Virus record (IMG/VR): IMGVR_UViG_3300045747_000058
Location: 453-64,452 of that record
Length of the DNA: 64,000 nucleotides
Direction: 5' to 3' (one strand)
From: a virus
Below the pieces are notes generated by a model. The model ran no database searches, had not been told where the DNA came from, and saw only the letters and a program-made list of their open reading frames with translations. The translations under genes were made by a program, and so were the position numbers. Of this stretch, positions 1 to 9,415 are shown piece by piece (positions within the stretch are counted from its first letter, which is position 1; each line of letters begins with the position of its first letter).

Positions 1-1
1 C

Positions 2-169
2 CGCATCCTGCCTGGACTCAACATCTCCGACGATCCCGACATGCAGCGTGTCTGCGAACGTGTGGTTGCTGGACTACTTATAGACCCACACCGGCTACGC
101 AATTCAAACTCTGCACGTGTGAAGGTCCTGGGCGAAGCCGAGGCAATCTTGCAGCTATGTCCGGCGTAA
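2..169 (+). CDS. 3' end of a hypothetical protein, possibly DUF3150-like (partial)
   Basis: Frame 2 is open from the window start: RILPGLNISDDPDMQRVCERVVAGLL...QLCPA*. The LNISDDP motif resembles DUF3150 C-termini, a family often found next to VWA/AAA genes. Confidence 0.45.
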   Translation, partial: RILPGLNISDDPDMQRVCERVVAGLLIDPHRLRNSNSARVKVLGEAEAILQLCPA

Positions 170-399
170 CTTCACGCAAATCCGCCGATGGCCGTGCTAA
201 GTACTTCTACAACGGGCACAGTGAGTGCATCGGCCTAGTCCTACGATGCATAACCGACGACCGTTATGAGGCGCGGTGTCAGGAAGCCAACGGCGAGTTT
301 TTGCTTCAGCGTTTCAAGTCCATCAAGAAAGCGGAAGAGTGGGTCATGGCACACATAGCTCTAAGGAGATTACGTGGACAACTTAAGAATACGCTTTGA
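157..399 (+). CDS. Hypothetical protein
   Basis: 80-aa ORF filling the gap between neighbours on the coding strand. Confidence 0.5.
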   Translation: MSGVTSRKSADGRAKYFYNGHSECIGLVLRCITDDRYEARCQEANGEFLLQRFKSIKKAEEWVMAHIALRRLRGQLKNTL

Positions 400-1150
400 A
401 GCGCTGAGCGCACGTGATCAGCAGAAGATTCTCGACAAGCACCGCGACATCGAGACCGACCACAGGTGGTGGACCAGTATCTATGACCAGTTCATTATGG
501 ACGTGAATGAATACGGGTACATGGTGGATGAAACCCACGGCAAAGACACACGACACTGCATCTGGTGGAGCGGCTTCAGCAGCCAGGGCGACGGAGCTTG
601 CTTTGATGGCCGTGTCTGGAATTGGTCAGTTGCATTCAAAGATTGGCCGATACTGACAGAGTATTGCAAGGATGCAAGCGTCGATAAGTGGGTTAGATGG
701 AATTCCAAAGGCAACTACTCACATGAGCACTCGTTGGTGTTCGATTGGGATATTGATAATAGCAATGTCTACGATGAAAAGACTGATCGACTGCGCTGGC
801 TCGCCATGGACGACATGATCACGCAGGCTACGGCTGAGTGGGAGAAGTTCACAGCGCATACCGAGACGCAAGTGAAGGAACTGTGCCGCGACCTATACAT
901 AAAGCTCGAAGAAGAATACCACTGGCTCACAGATGATGAGCAGGTTCTTGGGTGTCTTATTGCCAACGGCATGTTAGAAGATGAATTACAGGAGTATGAA
1001 GATGACGAAGACGAAGACGACGAACCAGAAAGCACTGGACCAGTTGATAGCCGCACGGATCACGCTCTTGCTGGATCACTATTTCTTTGGGAGACTGGCT
1101 ATGCACTTGCAGCTAGTGGAGGACCTGACGATTCCGACACTGGCAGTTGA
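374..1150 (+). CDS. Conserved hypothetical protein with acidic tail (WSGFSSQGDGACF family)
   Basis: 258-aa ORF with a GGAG RBS. The SGFxSQGDGACF motif is seen in phage/ICE proteins often auto-annotated as 'antitoxin'. D/E-rich tail. Confidence 0.75.
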   Translation: MDNLRIRFEALSARDQQKILDKHRDIETDHRWWTSIYDQFIMDVNEYGYMVDETHGKDTRHCIWWSGFSSQGDGACFDGRVWNWSVAFKDWPILTEYCKDASVDKWVRWNSKGNYSHEHSLVFDWDIDNSNVYDEKTDRLRWLAMDDMITQATAEWEKFTAHTETQVKELCRDLYIKLEEEYHWLTDDEQVLGCLIANGMLEDELQEYEDDEDEDDEPESTGPVDSRTDHALAGSLFLWETGYALAASGGPDDSDTGS

Positions 1151-2114
1151 CGGTCGCCATATTTTCTACAACCCCAACTGGGTGCTGCAGCAGTCGGCTC
1201 GACGCACACAGTCTGGTTTCGTCCACGAGATCATGCACTGTGTCTGTGAGCACCATTTGCGTCGCAACGGACGTGAGCCAACCCGCTGGAATTATGCTGG
1301 AGACTATGTGATCAACATCGTCATCAAAGACGCTGGCTTCGAGTTGAGTGAAACCTGGCTCTATGACGAGAAGTACCGCGACATGTCCACTGAGCATGTC
1401 TACGATCTGCTCAAGCCTGAAGAGAACGACAAGCGCCCGACATTCGACGAGGTGCTCGACGGCGCGACCTCTGCCGGTGATGCAGCCGAGAAGGCGCTGG
1501 AGTGGGAGATAGCCGTACAGAGCGCAGCACAGATGGCTAAGGCGTACGGCAAGCTCCCCAAGGGCATGGAGCGCTTCATGGAAGAGATGGGAGAGCCACA
1601 GGTGCCCTGGCAAGCAGTCCTTCAGCGATTTATCAATCAGACCAGTCGCAACGACTACTCATGGTCTCGCCCTAGCAAACGCATGATTGCCCACGGATAC
1701 ATCATGCCCAGCCTGTACAGCGAAAACATGGGAGTGCTGGCAACGGGCATTGACACCTCTGGCTCGATTGACGGCCCGACCCTTACAGCGTTCGGCTCAG
1801 AGATTACAGCTGCGTTTAATGCATCACATCCCGAGAAGCTGATCAACATTTATTGCGACGCCAAAGTGGCGCATGTAGACGAAGTCGACCAGGGCAGCGG
1901 CATGCCGCCCTTCAAGGCACATGGTGGCGGTGGCACAGACTTCCGCCCACCGTTCGACTGGCTTGAGGAACACGACGTTACGCCCGCCTGTATGATTTAT
2001 CTCACTGACGGTTATGGTCCGTTCCCCGAAGAGCAGCCCGACTATCCGGTGCTGTGGTGCATGACAACACACGTAGTTCCGCCGTGGGGCGAGCACGTAA
2101 GGATCAAAGTATGA
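996..2114 (+). CDS. DUF2201-type metallopeptidase + VWA domain protein
   Basis: HEIMH zincin motif followed by WNYAGDYVIN. MIDAS-like DTSGS, GGGGTDF and YLTDG motifs. GGAG RBS before ATG 996. Confidence 0.85.
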   Translation: MKMTKTKTTNQKALDQLIAARITLLLDHYFFGRLAMHLQLVEDLTIPTLAVDGRHIFYNPNWVLQQSARRTQSGFVHEIMHCVCEHHLRRNGREPTRWNYAGDYVINIVIKDAGFELSETWLYDEKYRDMSTEHVYDLLKPEENDKRPTFDEVLDGATSAGDAAEKALEWEIAVQSAAQMAKAYGKLPKGMERFMEEMGEPQVPWQAVLQRFINQTSRNDYSWSRPSKRMIAHGYIMPSLYSENMGVLATGIDTSGSIDGPTLTAFGSEITAAFNASHPEKLINIYCDAKVAHVDEVDQGSGMPPFKAHGGGGTDFRPPFDWLEEHDVTPACMIYLTDGYGPFPEEQPDYPVLWCMTTHVVPPWGEHVRIKV

Positions 2115-2164
2115 AAACATCTGAACTGACAGGCGCTGCCCTTGACTGGACTGATCAGTTCTGA
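2111..2164 (+). pseudogene. Truncated remnant of a DUF2591/NinX-like gene
   Basis: Reads MKTSELTGAALDWTDQF*. The first 13 aa match the typical N-terminus of this phage family (MKTSELTGAALDWAVA), then a stop. Translationally coupled to the upstream gene. Confidence 0.5.
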
Positions 2165-2194
2165 CTATTCCGTTGATCTTTCGAATGATATAAG

Positions 2195-2207
2195 ATCGAA
2201 GCTCTAA
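2195..2207 (+). promoter_or_regulatory. 13-bp dispersed motif, copy 1 (ATCGAAGCTCTAA)
   Basis: Intergenic, 19 bp before ATG 2226. The 18-mer AGATCGAAGCTCTAACAC is identical at 57372-57389. Confidence 0.75.
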
Positions 2208-2225
2208 CACCGATCGGAATAAGAT

Positions 2226-2921
2226 ATGAGCGTACCCTCATGGAGTCATTCGAAGTTAACCGACTTCGATAAATGCAAGCACATGTTCTGGCTCAAGCAT
2301 GACCAGAAAATCCCCGAACCTGACCGCGTCCTACGTCCTGGCCAAACCGAGTTTGCCAACGACCGTGGCACCCGCGTCCATGACAACTGCGAGGCGTATG
2401 TGCGGGGTGACCATGACGCGCTTTGCCCCGAGGCCGAGAAGCACTTTGGCATCAAGATTGACCTCCTGCGCCACATGTACCAAGACGGCATCGTCAGCAT
2501 GGAAGGCGAGTGGGGCCACGACAAGGACTGGGAGATCGCCGAGTGGAAAAAGGCGTGGCTGCGACTGAAGCTCGACGTGATGGTGATGGTGGACTCCACC
2601 CACGCCATCGTGATCGACTACAAGACCGGCAAGAAGTGGGGCAACGAAGTCAAGCACGCTGAGCAACTTCAACTGTACCAACTGTGCGCGTTTCTGCGCC
2701 ACCCGGAGCTAGAGAAGGTCACCGCCGAGTTGTGGTACCTCGACCAGAACGAGGTGACCTCGCAGACCTTCACGCGCCAGCAGGGCCTGCGCTTTCGTCA
2801 AGGCTTTGACAAGCGCGGCATCAGCGCCACTACGTGCGAAGTGTTTCCGCCGAACCCAAATAAATGGAGTTGCCTCTACTGCGCGTTTAAGAACACTGAA
2901 CATTGCACGGTAGGTGTGTAA
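2226..2921 (+). CDS. PD-(D/E)XK (Cas4-like) exonuclease
   Basis: WSHSKL start, GTRVH, KLDV...IDYKTGK, QLQLY and a C-terminal CLYC cluster. Confidence 0.88.
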   Translation: MSVPSWSHSKLTDFDKCKHMFWLKHDQKIPEPDRVLRPGQTEFANDRGTRVHDNCEAYVRGDHDALCPEAEKHFGIKIDLLRHMYQDGIVSMEGEWGHDKDWEIAEWKKAWLRLKLDVMVMVDSTHAIVIDYKTGKKWGNEVKHAEQLQLYQLCAFLRHPELEKVTAELWYLDQNEVTSQTFTRQQGLRFRQGFDKRGISATTCEVFPPNPNKWSCLYCAFKNTEHCTVGV

Positions 2922-3009
2922 ACGCACCACGCAGACTCCATAAAGGAGCGCCACCTCCTCAAGAAGTGGCACGACCGAATTCTCCAATACCAAGCAAAGG
3001 AACGACTCC

Positions 3010-4539
3010 GTGGACGTATCTACCCCAGTGCGCTCAACCTTGCGCGGCGCTTCGAAACAGAGCAAGGTCTCCAAAGCCAGCACCGCCGTAATCAAGCCCT
3101 TCGCGCATCAGGTCAAGTCGCTCAAGCACAACGAGAAGACCGAGATCGTGTACGACTGCTCGGACCCAGGGACTGGGAAGACATACGTGAGGATCATGGC
3201 GTTTCTGGCAAGATTGCGTTCTGGACGTGGGACACAATCGTCGACTCCTGGGCGAGCTATGCTCGTACTAGCGCCGAAATCATTGCTGAGATCGGTATGG
3301 CTCAACGACATCAAGAAGTTCGCCCCGGGCCTAAAAGTCGCAGTAAGCACGGCAGGCAAACACGAAAGCGTGTTTGAAGAAGATGCCGATGTCTACGTCA
3401 CCAACATCGACGCGGTGAAATGGCTGGCTAAGCAGAACAAGAAGTTCTTCGAGCGATTCAGCGAGTTGGTCATTGATGAGTCCACCGCGTACAAGCATCA
3501 CTCGTCTCAGCGTTCCAAGGCCGCTGCCAAGGTCAGCAAGTTCTTCCAGTACCGCTGCTGCATGACCGGCACGCCTAATGGGCGCAGCATCACGGACGTG
3601 TGGCACCAGATTTATCTGCTCGATGGCGGCAAGCGCCTCGGCCCGTCCTTCTTCGCGTTCCGCAACTCTGTGTGCGAGGCCAAACAGGTCGGTCGTAACC
3701 AGCATGCCATTCAGTGGACTGACAAGACCGGCGCTGAAGAGGCTGTGTTCGGATTGCTGAGCGACATCGTGATTCGCCACAAGTTCGAAGACTGCGTGGA
3801 CATCCCGGCCAACCACCAGTACAGCATCCCCTACGAGTTATCGCCCAAGCACCGCAAGGCGTACGACGAGATGGAAGCGTTCTGCATGCTGGAGATTCAC
3901 GGCACGCTCGAAGAGCAGGCTCTGGCCCGCATGCGTGCGACCACCGTGGCGCAGATGAAGGCCAAGGCCAAGATCGCCCCCAAGGTGATCAGCGCTGTGC
4001 ATGCCGGCGCGCTGGCCCAAAAGCTCATGCAAATCGCCTCGGGCGCTGTGTATGAACCCGGCGGGACCTACCACGTGCTGGACACCGGGCGTTACGAGAT
4101 GATCCTTGATCTGATCGAAGAGCGCCAGCACAGCTTGTGCTTCTTCTACTGGAAGCACCAGCGTGACCTGTTGTGCCAGGAGGCCGACAAGCGTGGCATT
4201 ACCTTCGCAGTGATCGACGGCGATACCGGCGAGACTGAGCGTGAAGAGATCGTGGCGCGCTACCAGCGCGGCGCGTACCAGACGCTCTTTGCTCACCCCA
4301 AGAGCGCTGCCCATGGCCTGACCCTCACCAAGGGCACGGCCACCATCTGGCCCTCTCCGACGTACGACTTGGAGTTGTTTAAGCAAGGCTCCAAGCGTCA
4401 GCACCGGATGGGTCAGACCAAAAAGACCGAGACCATCATCGTGACCGCCACGAACACGATGGAGGAGAAGGTCTACAAAATTTTGTCAGACAAAGATGCT
4501 CGTATGAGCAACTTGCTTGACTTGTTTTCTACTCTCTAA
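3010..4539 (+). CDS. SNF2-like SF2 DNA helicase
   Basis: Walker A DPGTGKT, Walker B variant IDES, motif III MTGTP, HGLTLT and motif VI RQHRMGQ. Confidence 0.92.
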   Translation: MDVSTPVRSTLRGASKQSKVSKASTAVIKPFAHQVKSLKHNEKTEIVYDCSDPGTGKTYVRIMAFLARLRSGRGTQSSTPGRAMLVLAPKSLLRSVWLNDIKKFAPGLKVAVSTAGKHESVFEEDADVYVTNIDAVKWLAKQNKKFFERFSELVIDESTAYKHHSSQRSKAAAKVSKFFQYRCCMTGTPNGRSITDVWHQIYLLDGGKRLGPSFFAFRNSVCEAKQVGRNQHAIQWTDKTGAEEAVFGLLSDIVIRHKFEDCVDIPANHQYSIPYELSPKHRKAYDEMEAFCMLEIHGTLEEQALARMRATTVAQMKAKAKIAPKVISAVHAGALAQKLMQIASGAVYEPGGTYHVLDTGRYEMILDLIEERQHSLCFFYWKHQRDLLCQEADKRGITFAVIDGDTGETEREEIVARYQRGAYQTLFAHPKSAAHGLTLTKGTATIWPSPTYDLELFKQGSKRQHRMGQTKKTETIIVTATNTMEEKVYKILSDKDARMSNLLDLFSTL

Positions 4540-4549
4540 GAAAGATAGT

Positions 4550-4705
4550 ATGACGTTCGTAATGATCCAAGGTGCCTTTGCTGCCCGCTACGAAGGGCGC
4601 ACACAGCAAGAGATTATTGAAGTAAGTAACTGGAACTGGCCCGGGTGGGACATCTGCCAGTTCATTGAAGACTTCCGCATCAATGGCGAGAAAGCACTGG
4701 CATGA
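4550..4705 (+). CDS. Small hypothetical protein
   Basis: 51-aa ORF coupled to the next gene by an ATGA overlap. Confidence 0.55.
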   Translation: MTFVMIQGAFAARYEGRTQQEIIEVSNWNWPGWDICQFIEDFRINGEKALA

Positions 4706-4911
4706 CTGAGAATTTCAAACTCAATAAGGACGCATCCGTGGCCGTCGCTAATGACTACTTCTGGCAAAAGATTAACCCTGACACACCGCGCGGCGTAAAA
4801 CTTCAGCTGCTCGGTATCGGCGGCGTGGCAGCGTACGGCCACTGGGATGGCAAAAACCGCTACTGGACACACTGGGCACCCTGCCCTCGCATGCCCAAGG
4901 AGAACGTCTGA
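4702..4911 (+). CDS. Hypothetical protein (DUF551-like C-terminus)
   Basis: 69 aa ending WTHWAPCPRMP, a common phage small-protein motif. Confidence 0.7.
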   Translation: MTENFKLNKDASVAVANDYFWQKINPDTPRGVKLQLLGIGGVAAYGHWDGKNRYWTHWAPCPRMPKENV

Positions 4912-7037
4912 TGACTGGATGGGGATCACAGCTACGCGAGCGTGCTGAGTTCATTCTGAACCGCCCAGAAATCGTACCCGGTGCGGTGGACTGGAACCGA
5001 CTGGTCACTGTTGACTTCGAGACGTTCTACAGCATGGAATACACACTGTCCAAGCTGAGCACATCGGAGTATGTGCGTGACCCGCGCTTCAAAGCGCAGA
5101 TGGTGGGTATCAAGATCGGCAACAAACCGACCAAGGTGTACACCGGCATGGCTAAGATCAAAGCGGCATTGCTGGGTATCAACTGGGCGACGCACTCGCT
5201 GCTGTGCCACAACACAGCCTTCGACGGCTTCATCATGAGCCACGTGTTCGAGATTATTCCGTTCCAGTATTACGACACGCTGAGCATGGCCCGTGGCCTG
5301 CACAGCAATGAAATCGGTGCGAGCCTGGACGAAGTGGCTCAGTTCTACGGCAAAGGCTCCAAGCTCGATGGCGTGCTGGAGACCACCAAGGGCATCGAGA
5401 ACTGGGACGCGAAGCTGGTTAAAGCAGTCACACCCTACTGTGCCCAGGACGTGGATTTGACGCATGCCATCTTCAAGGAGATGCACGCCAAGTTCCCCGC
5501 CGACGAACTGGACCTCGTGGACATGACGATCCGCATGTTCTGCGACCCTGTGCTGAAGGTGGACATCCCACGCGTCGAGAAGGAGTATGAGCGTGAGGTC
5601 GCCGAGCGCAAGGCCAAGTTCTATGCGGTCGTGGACCCGAAGCCGTTCTACGATGACAAGACCATCCTGAAGACTGGCAAGGAACGTGCGCTGGAAGGTG
5701 AGGAGCGCGACGTGCTCATCATCAAGCGCATCCTCGGCTCCAACGAAAAGTTCGCCGATCTGTTGCGTGCCGAGGGCATCGAGCCGCCGGTGAAGATCAG
5801 CCCTGCGTGGATGAAGCGCAGCAAAGAGGAGCGTGAGGATGAGACGGATAAGTGGTCGTACGCGTTTGCCAAGGACGATTTGGAGTTCACCTCATTACCA
5901 GACAACATCGACCTCTGGCGTGGTGCGTTTGATCCCAATAAGAAGAAAGACATCCCGCTTATCTCGGCAAAACAAGATCGTATCCGCGCGCTCGTCGAGG
6001 CGCGGTTGGCCACGAAGAGCACCACCAATATCACGCGCGCTGAGCGGTTCCTGAAGGCTGGTGCCAACGACATGAGCCTGCCGGTTGGGTACGCCTACTA
6101 CCGCGCCCACACGGGCCGGTGGGGTGGCAACAACAAGATGAACATGCAGAACCTAAAACGTCCTGAATACGATAAGGCTAAGAACCCTATCCCAGGAACA
6201 GGCGAACTGCGACAGTCCATCCTGGCACCCAAGGGCTACCAGATGTGCGTGGTCGACTCTAGCCAGATTGAGGCCCGCGTAAATGGCTGGCTATGGGGTC
6301 AAAACGACCTCATGGCAGCGTTTGCGGCCGCCGACAGGGGTACAGGCTCAGACGCCTACTGCAACTTCGCTACGCTTATTTACGGCCGTCCGATCACCAA
6401 GGACGACAAGACCGAGCGCTTCGTGGGCAAGGTATGCGTTCTGGGCCTTGGGTACCAAATGGGTGCAGCCAAGTTTCAGATGACCCTGGCCAAGGGTGCT
6501 CTTGGCGGTCCCCCGATCTTTTTTGAATTGGACCGCTGCAAAGAGATCGTCGACACCTACCGCCGCGCAAACTTCAAGATCAGGCAGGGTTGGGACATCT
6601 GCGCCAGGATCATCGAAGACATGGCCGCTGGGCGCATGGGTCGGCATGGCCCGGTCTCTTGGGAAAAAGAAACGATCTGGCTTCCCAATGGAATGTCGCT
6701 CAAGTACCCTGAGCTACGCAAGCAGCCTGGAGAAAAGGGCTGGGACGAATGGTCGTACAAGTCAGGTGACATCCGCAAGAAGATTTATGGCGGTTTGCTT
6801 TGCGAAAACTTGGTTCAGGCTCTGGCACGAATCATCGTGGGTAAGCAGATGCTCAACATCCGCAAGAAGTACCGCGTCGTGATGACTACGCACGACGAGG
6901 CCGTGGCGCTGCCCAAGACACGTGAAGCAGAGTTCTGCTTCAAGCTCATGACGAAGGCTATGAGCACCCCGCTGGACTGGTGCATGGACATCCCGCTGAA
7001 CTGCGAGGGTGGCTACGCGACCAACTACAGCAAGTAG
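4911..7037 (+). CDS. polA: DNA polymerase family A with 3'-5' exonuclease
   Basis: ExoI VDFETFY, motif A VDSSQIEARV, motif B RFVGKVCVLGLGY, motif C THDE. Confidence 0.96.
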   Translation: MTGWGSQLRERAEFILNRPEIVPGAVDWNRLVTVDFETFYSMEYTLSKLSTSEYVRDPRFKAQMVGIKIGNKPTKVYTGMAKIKAALLGINWATHSLLCHNTAFDGFIMSHVFEIIPFQYYDTLSMARGLHSNEIGASLDEVAQFYGKGSKLDGVLETTKGIENWDAKLVKAVTPYCAQDVDLTHAIFKEMHAKFPADELDLVDMTIRMFCDPVLKVDIPRVEKEYEREVAERKAKFYAVVDPKPFYDDKTILKTGKERALEGEERDVLIIKRILGSNEKFADLLRAEGIEPPVKISPAWMKRSKEEREDETDKWSYAFAKDDLEFTSLPDNIDLWRGAFDPNKKKDIPLISAKQDRIRALVEARLATKSTTNITRAERFLKAGANDMSLPVGYAYYRAHTGRWGGNNKMNMQNLKRPEYDKAKNPIPGTGELRQSILAPKGYQMCVVDSSQIEARVNGWLWGQNDLMAAFAAADRGTGSDAYCNFATLIYGRPITKDDKTERFVGKVCVLGLGYQMGAAKFQMTLAKGALGGPPIFFELDRCKEIVDTYRRANFKIRQGWDICARIIEDMAAGRMGRHGPVSWEKETIWLPNGMSLKYPELRKQPGEKGWDEWSYKSGDIRKKIYGGLLCENLVQALARIIVGKQMLNIRKKYRVVMTTHDEAVALPKTREAEFCFKLMTKAMSTPLDWCMDIPLNCEGGYATNYSK

Positions 7038-7044
7038 TTATTTA

Positions 7045-7067
7045 TGGGCGCATAGAGTCTGCGCCCA
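7045..7067 (+). terminator. Stem-loop after polA (possible weak terminator or stabiliser)
   Basis: TGGGCGCA-7 nt-TGCGCCCA. Only a short T tract follows. Confidence 0.4.
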
Positions 7068-7159
7068 CCCTTTACGGACGAAAGTGATCGCTGCTTGGCT
7101 GACTGTTTCGCACAGTGTCCCCTGCAGGTTCATGAGTAGTCCACCAATCTTAGGAGAAA

Positions 7160-7918
7160 TTGATGTTCGCCATCAGTGGAAGAAACTTGCCGGACGTGCG
7201 TTCGTACGAAGACGCACTCAAGACGTGGGACGAAGCACACCAGCATGCCCGCTTTGGAACAGGTTGGCGTGGGTTGAAAGACAAGCGCGATACCAACAAG
7301 ATCATCCGCAAAGAAGGCGACAAGATTTTCTTTCGCTACCACACGACTGACCTCGTGACGTGGTTACCTGACCGAATCTGGATCAAACAATACGACAGCC
7401 CGAGTTCGTGCATCTTCACCAACTGCTTCACACCTCCCAGTGTCTGGGCGGTACAGAAGAAAGGTGAGATGTATGTGGCATGCAATGGCGGCTACTACCA
7501 GTCGTCGCTCTTGGCTGTCGAGATCGTGAAGGACAAGTTTGGGTGGGCAGTGACACCTGAGTCTGTTTACCAATTTCCCAAGTACACGCTGGACAAGAGC
7601 AAGGCCGCGAAAATCAGGAAGGTGCTCAAGCCGTTCCGTGATTACCGTGACTCTGTGCTGCGGCTGCGCGGTGGTCGGCATGAAGCAGAGTACTGCGATG
7701 AATACCGACTCTGTGTCATCTTGCGCAACCTCTTCGCTTCCCCGCAGATGACTGAGGAGATGCAGCGTGATCTGCTCTCCGAGGCAAATGCGTATGACGA
7801 CAGTCTGCTTCTGAAGAATGCGTACCTCACCGGTGGGGCGGTGAGTGTGACGCACGTGGCTGGTGAGCTTCGCCCCGAGAACCCGTATGCAGGACGTTCC
7901 GGTCTGCACTACATCTAA
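7160..7918 (+). CDS. Hypothetical protein
   Basis: 252-aa ORF with GGAG RBS. Confidence 0.8.
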   Translation: MMFAISGRNLPDVRSYEDALKTWDEAHQHARFGTGWRGLKDKRDTNKIIRKEGDKIFFRYHTTDLVTWLPDRIWIKQYDSPSSCIFTNCFTPPSVWAVQKKGEMYVACNGGYYQSSLLAVEIVKDKFGWAVTPESVYQFPKYTLDKSKAAKIRKVLKPFRDYRDSVLRLRGGRHEAEYCDEYRLCVILRNLFASPQMTEEMQRDLLSEANAYDDSLLLKNAYLTGGAVSVTHVAGELRPENPYAGRSGLHYI

Positions 7919-7925
7919 ACTCTAT
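7913..7925 (+). promoter_or_regulatory. 13-bp dispersed motif, copy 2 (ATCTAAACTCTAT)
   Basis: Directly abuts the -35 hexamer of the promoter at 7926. Confidence 0.65.
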
Positions 7926-7954
7926 TTGCGATCTGTTAAAGATTGCAGTACAAT
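7926..7954 (+). promoter_or_regulatory. Sigma70-type promoter
   Basis: TTGCGA-17 bp-TACAAT in an intergenic region upstream of ATG 7974. Confidence 0.7.
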
Positions 7955-7973
7955 TCATTCACTTAAGGAGAAC

Positions 7974-8390
7974 ATGATGGCAACAGCCACAGCTACCAAA
8001 ACCATGCCCAAGGTCCGTGAACTCGCGGTGGGCGCAACGATTGACCAACTGTGGGGCTACCGCGAGCAGAAGCGTGCTCTGGAGGCCCAGATCAAAGAGG
8101 TCGAAGAGAAGGCCAAAGGGATCGAAGAATCCCTCATGGAGCGCTTGGGCAAGGAGGGTCTGGAGAAGGCTACTGGCACCAAAGCATCTGTGTCCATTAC
8201 TGCGTCCGTCACTGCCGATGTGCAGGACTGGGACGCGTTCTACCCCTACATCGCAAAGAACAAATTCTGGCATTTGCTCCAGCGGCGTGTTTCCGATCCC
8301 AGCTATCGTGAATTGCTGGAGCAAGGCAAGAAGGTGCCGGGCGTCGTCCCGTTCACCAAGAAGCGTATCAATCTCCGTTCCACAACTTAA
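7974..8390 (+). CDS. Conserved phage hypothetical protein (coiled-coil N-terminus)
   Basis: AAGGAG RBS. DWDAFYPYI and VPGV motifs are typical of phage replication-region proteins. Confidence 0.8.
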   Translation: MMATATATKTMPKVRELAVGATIDQLWGYREQKRALEAQIKEVEEKAKGIEESLMERLGKEGLEKATGTKASVSITASVTADVQDWDAFYPYIAKNKFWHLLQRRVSDPSYRELLEQGKKVPGVVPFTKKRINLRSTT

Positions 8391-8398
8391 GGAGCCAT

Positions 8399-9190
8399 AT
8401 GGCCACCGCAAAAAAGACTGCAACCGCAGCACCCGCCGCCAAACCGGCGAAAACCAGCACCAACGTCGTAGCTCTGAAAAAGACTAGCGGCGCTGTTGTC
8501 GACATTCGCGCTCAGCTGCAAGCTCAGGCTGCAGCAATGAATGAGCGCACAGCCCCTGCCACCGGCATCAACATCCGTACCGCCGGTAAAAAGTTTAGCT
8601 TTCCCGACGGCCGCAAAGATGACGGCCCTGTGGAGATGGTCGTCGTTGACTTCGTAGCTCGTAATGAGTTCTATGAAGCTGACTTTGACAAGGACAACAT
8701 TGTCCCGCCTGCATGCTTCGCCATCGGCAACATCCCCACCAAGCTGGTGGCTTCAGATAACAGCCCGCAGAAGCAGTGCGACGACTGTGCCAGCTGCCCC
8801 ATGAACGCATTTGGTTCTAAAGGTAAGGGCAAGGCCTGCTCCAACACACGCCTTCTGGCCGTGGTGGAACCCGGCTCTGCCGCTGATGCGCCGATCTACT
8901 TGCTGAAGGTGTCGCCTACTGGTTTGAAGTCATTCGATGGCTTCGTGCAGAGCACCAGCCGCACGTTCCAGATGCCGCCTGTCGGTGTGGTCGTGACTGT
9001 CGGCTTCGACGACAACGAAGACTACCCCAAGCTGACTTTCAGCGATGCCAAGCCCAATGAGGACTTGGAAGCGCACTTCAGCCGCCAGGAAGAAGCTCGC
9101 CAGCTGCTGAGTCAGGAACCTGATGTGTCGGGTTACGAAACTCCGAAGCCCAAGGCTGCGAAGGGTCGCCCGACACCGGCTCGCCGTTAA
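8399..9190 (+). CDS. Putative ssDNA-binding/annealing protein
   Basis: 263 aa. PPACFA...CDDCASCPMNAFGS...GKACSNTRLLAV motif. Sits in the replication module. Confidence 0.6.
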   Translation: MATAKKTATAAPAAKPAKTSTNVVALKKTSGAVVDIRAQLQAQAAAMNERTAPATGINIRTAGKKFSFPDGRKDDGPVEMVVVDFVARNEFYEADFDKDNIVPPACFAIGNIPTKLVASDNSPQKQCDDCASCPMNAFGSKGKGKACSNTRLLAVVEPGSAADAPIYLLKVSPTGLKSFDGFVQSTSRTFQMPPVGVVVTVGFDDNEDYPKLTFSDAKPNEDLEAHFSRQEEARQLLSQEPDVSGYETPKPKAAKGRPTPARR

Positions 9191-9199
9191 AGGCGCGTC

Positions 9200-9415
9200 A
9201 TGGCCAGCAAGTACACGCTCGCTACGGCGCTTCGTTCATACGGCGCTCTCGTGAGTGTCTTGGACACGCTGACCGAGGAAGAAGTGCTGGCCTGTCTCCA
9301 ACTGGAGGCAGGCTCACAAAGGAGAGAGTCCGTCCTAAACCGACTCATATCACGGGCCGTCCGGCTCAATGAAATCACGTACGCACGCCAACTAAAGGAG
9401 AAATACCATGGCTAA
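9200..9415 (+). CDS. Hypothetical protein
   Basis: 71 aa, overlaps the next start. Confidence 0.7.
   Translation: MASKYTLATALRSYGALVSVLDTLTEEEVLACLQLEAGSQRRESVLNRLISRAVRLNEITYARQLKEKYHG

Noticed and set aside
374-1150. Toxin-antitoxin antitoxin
   Set aside because: The family is often auto-labelled this way, but no cognate toxin is adjacent and I know of no sequence-level support for the function.
7076-7142. Hammerhead ribozyme
   Set aside because: GGAC-GAAA and GTCC are present, but the required CUGANGA core is absent (TTCATGAG).
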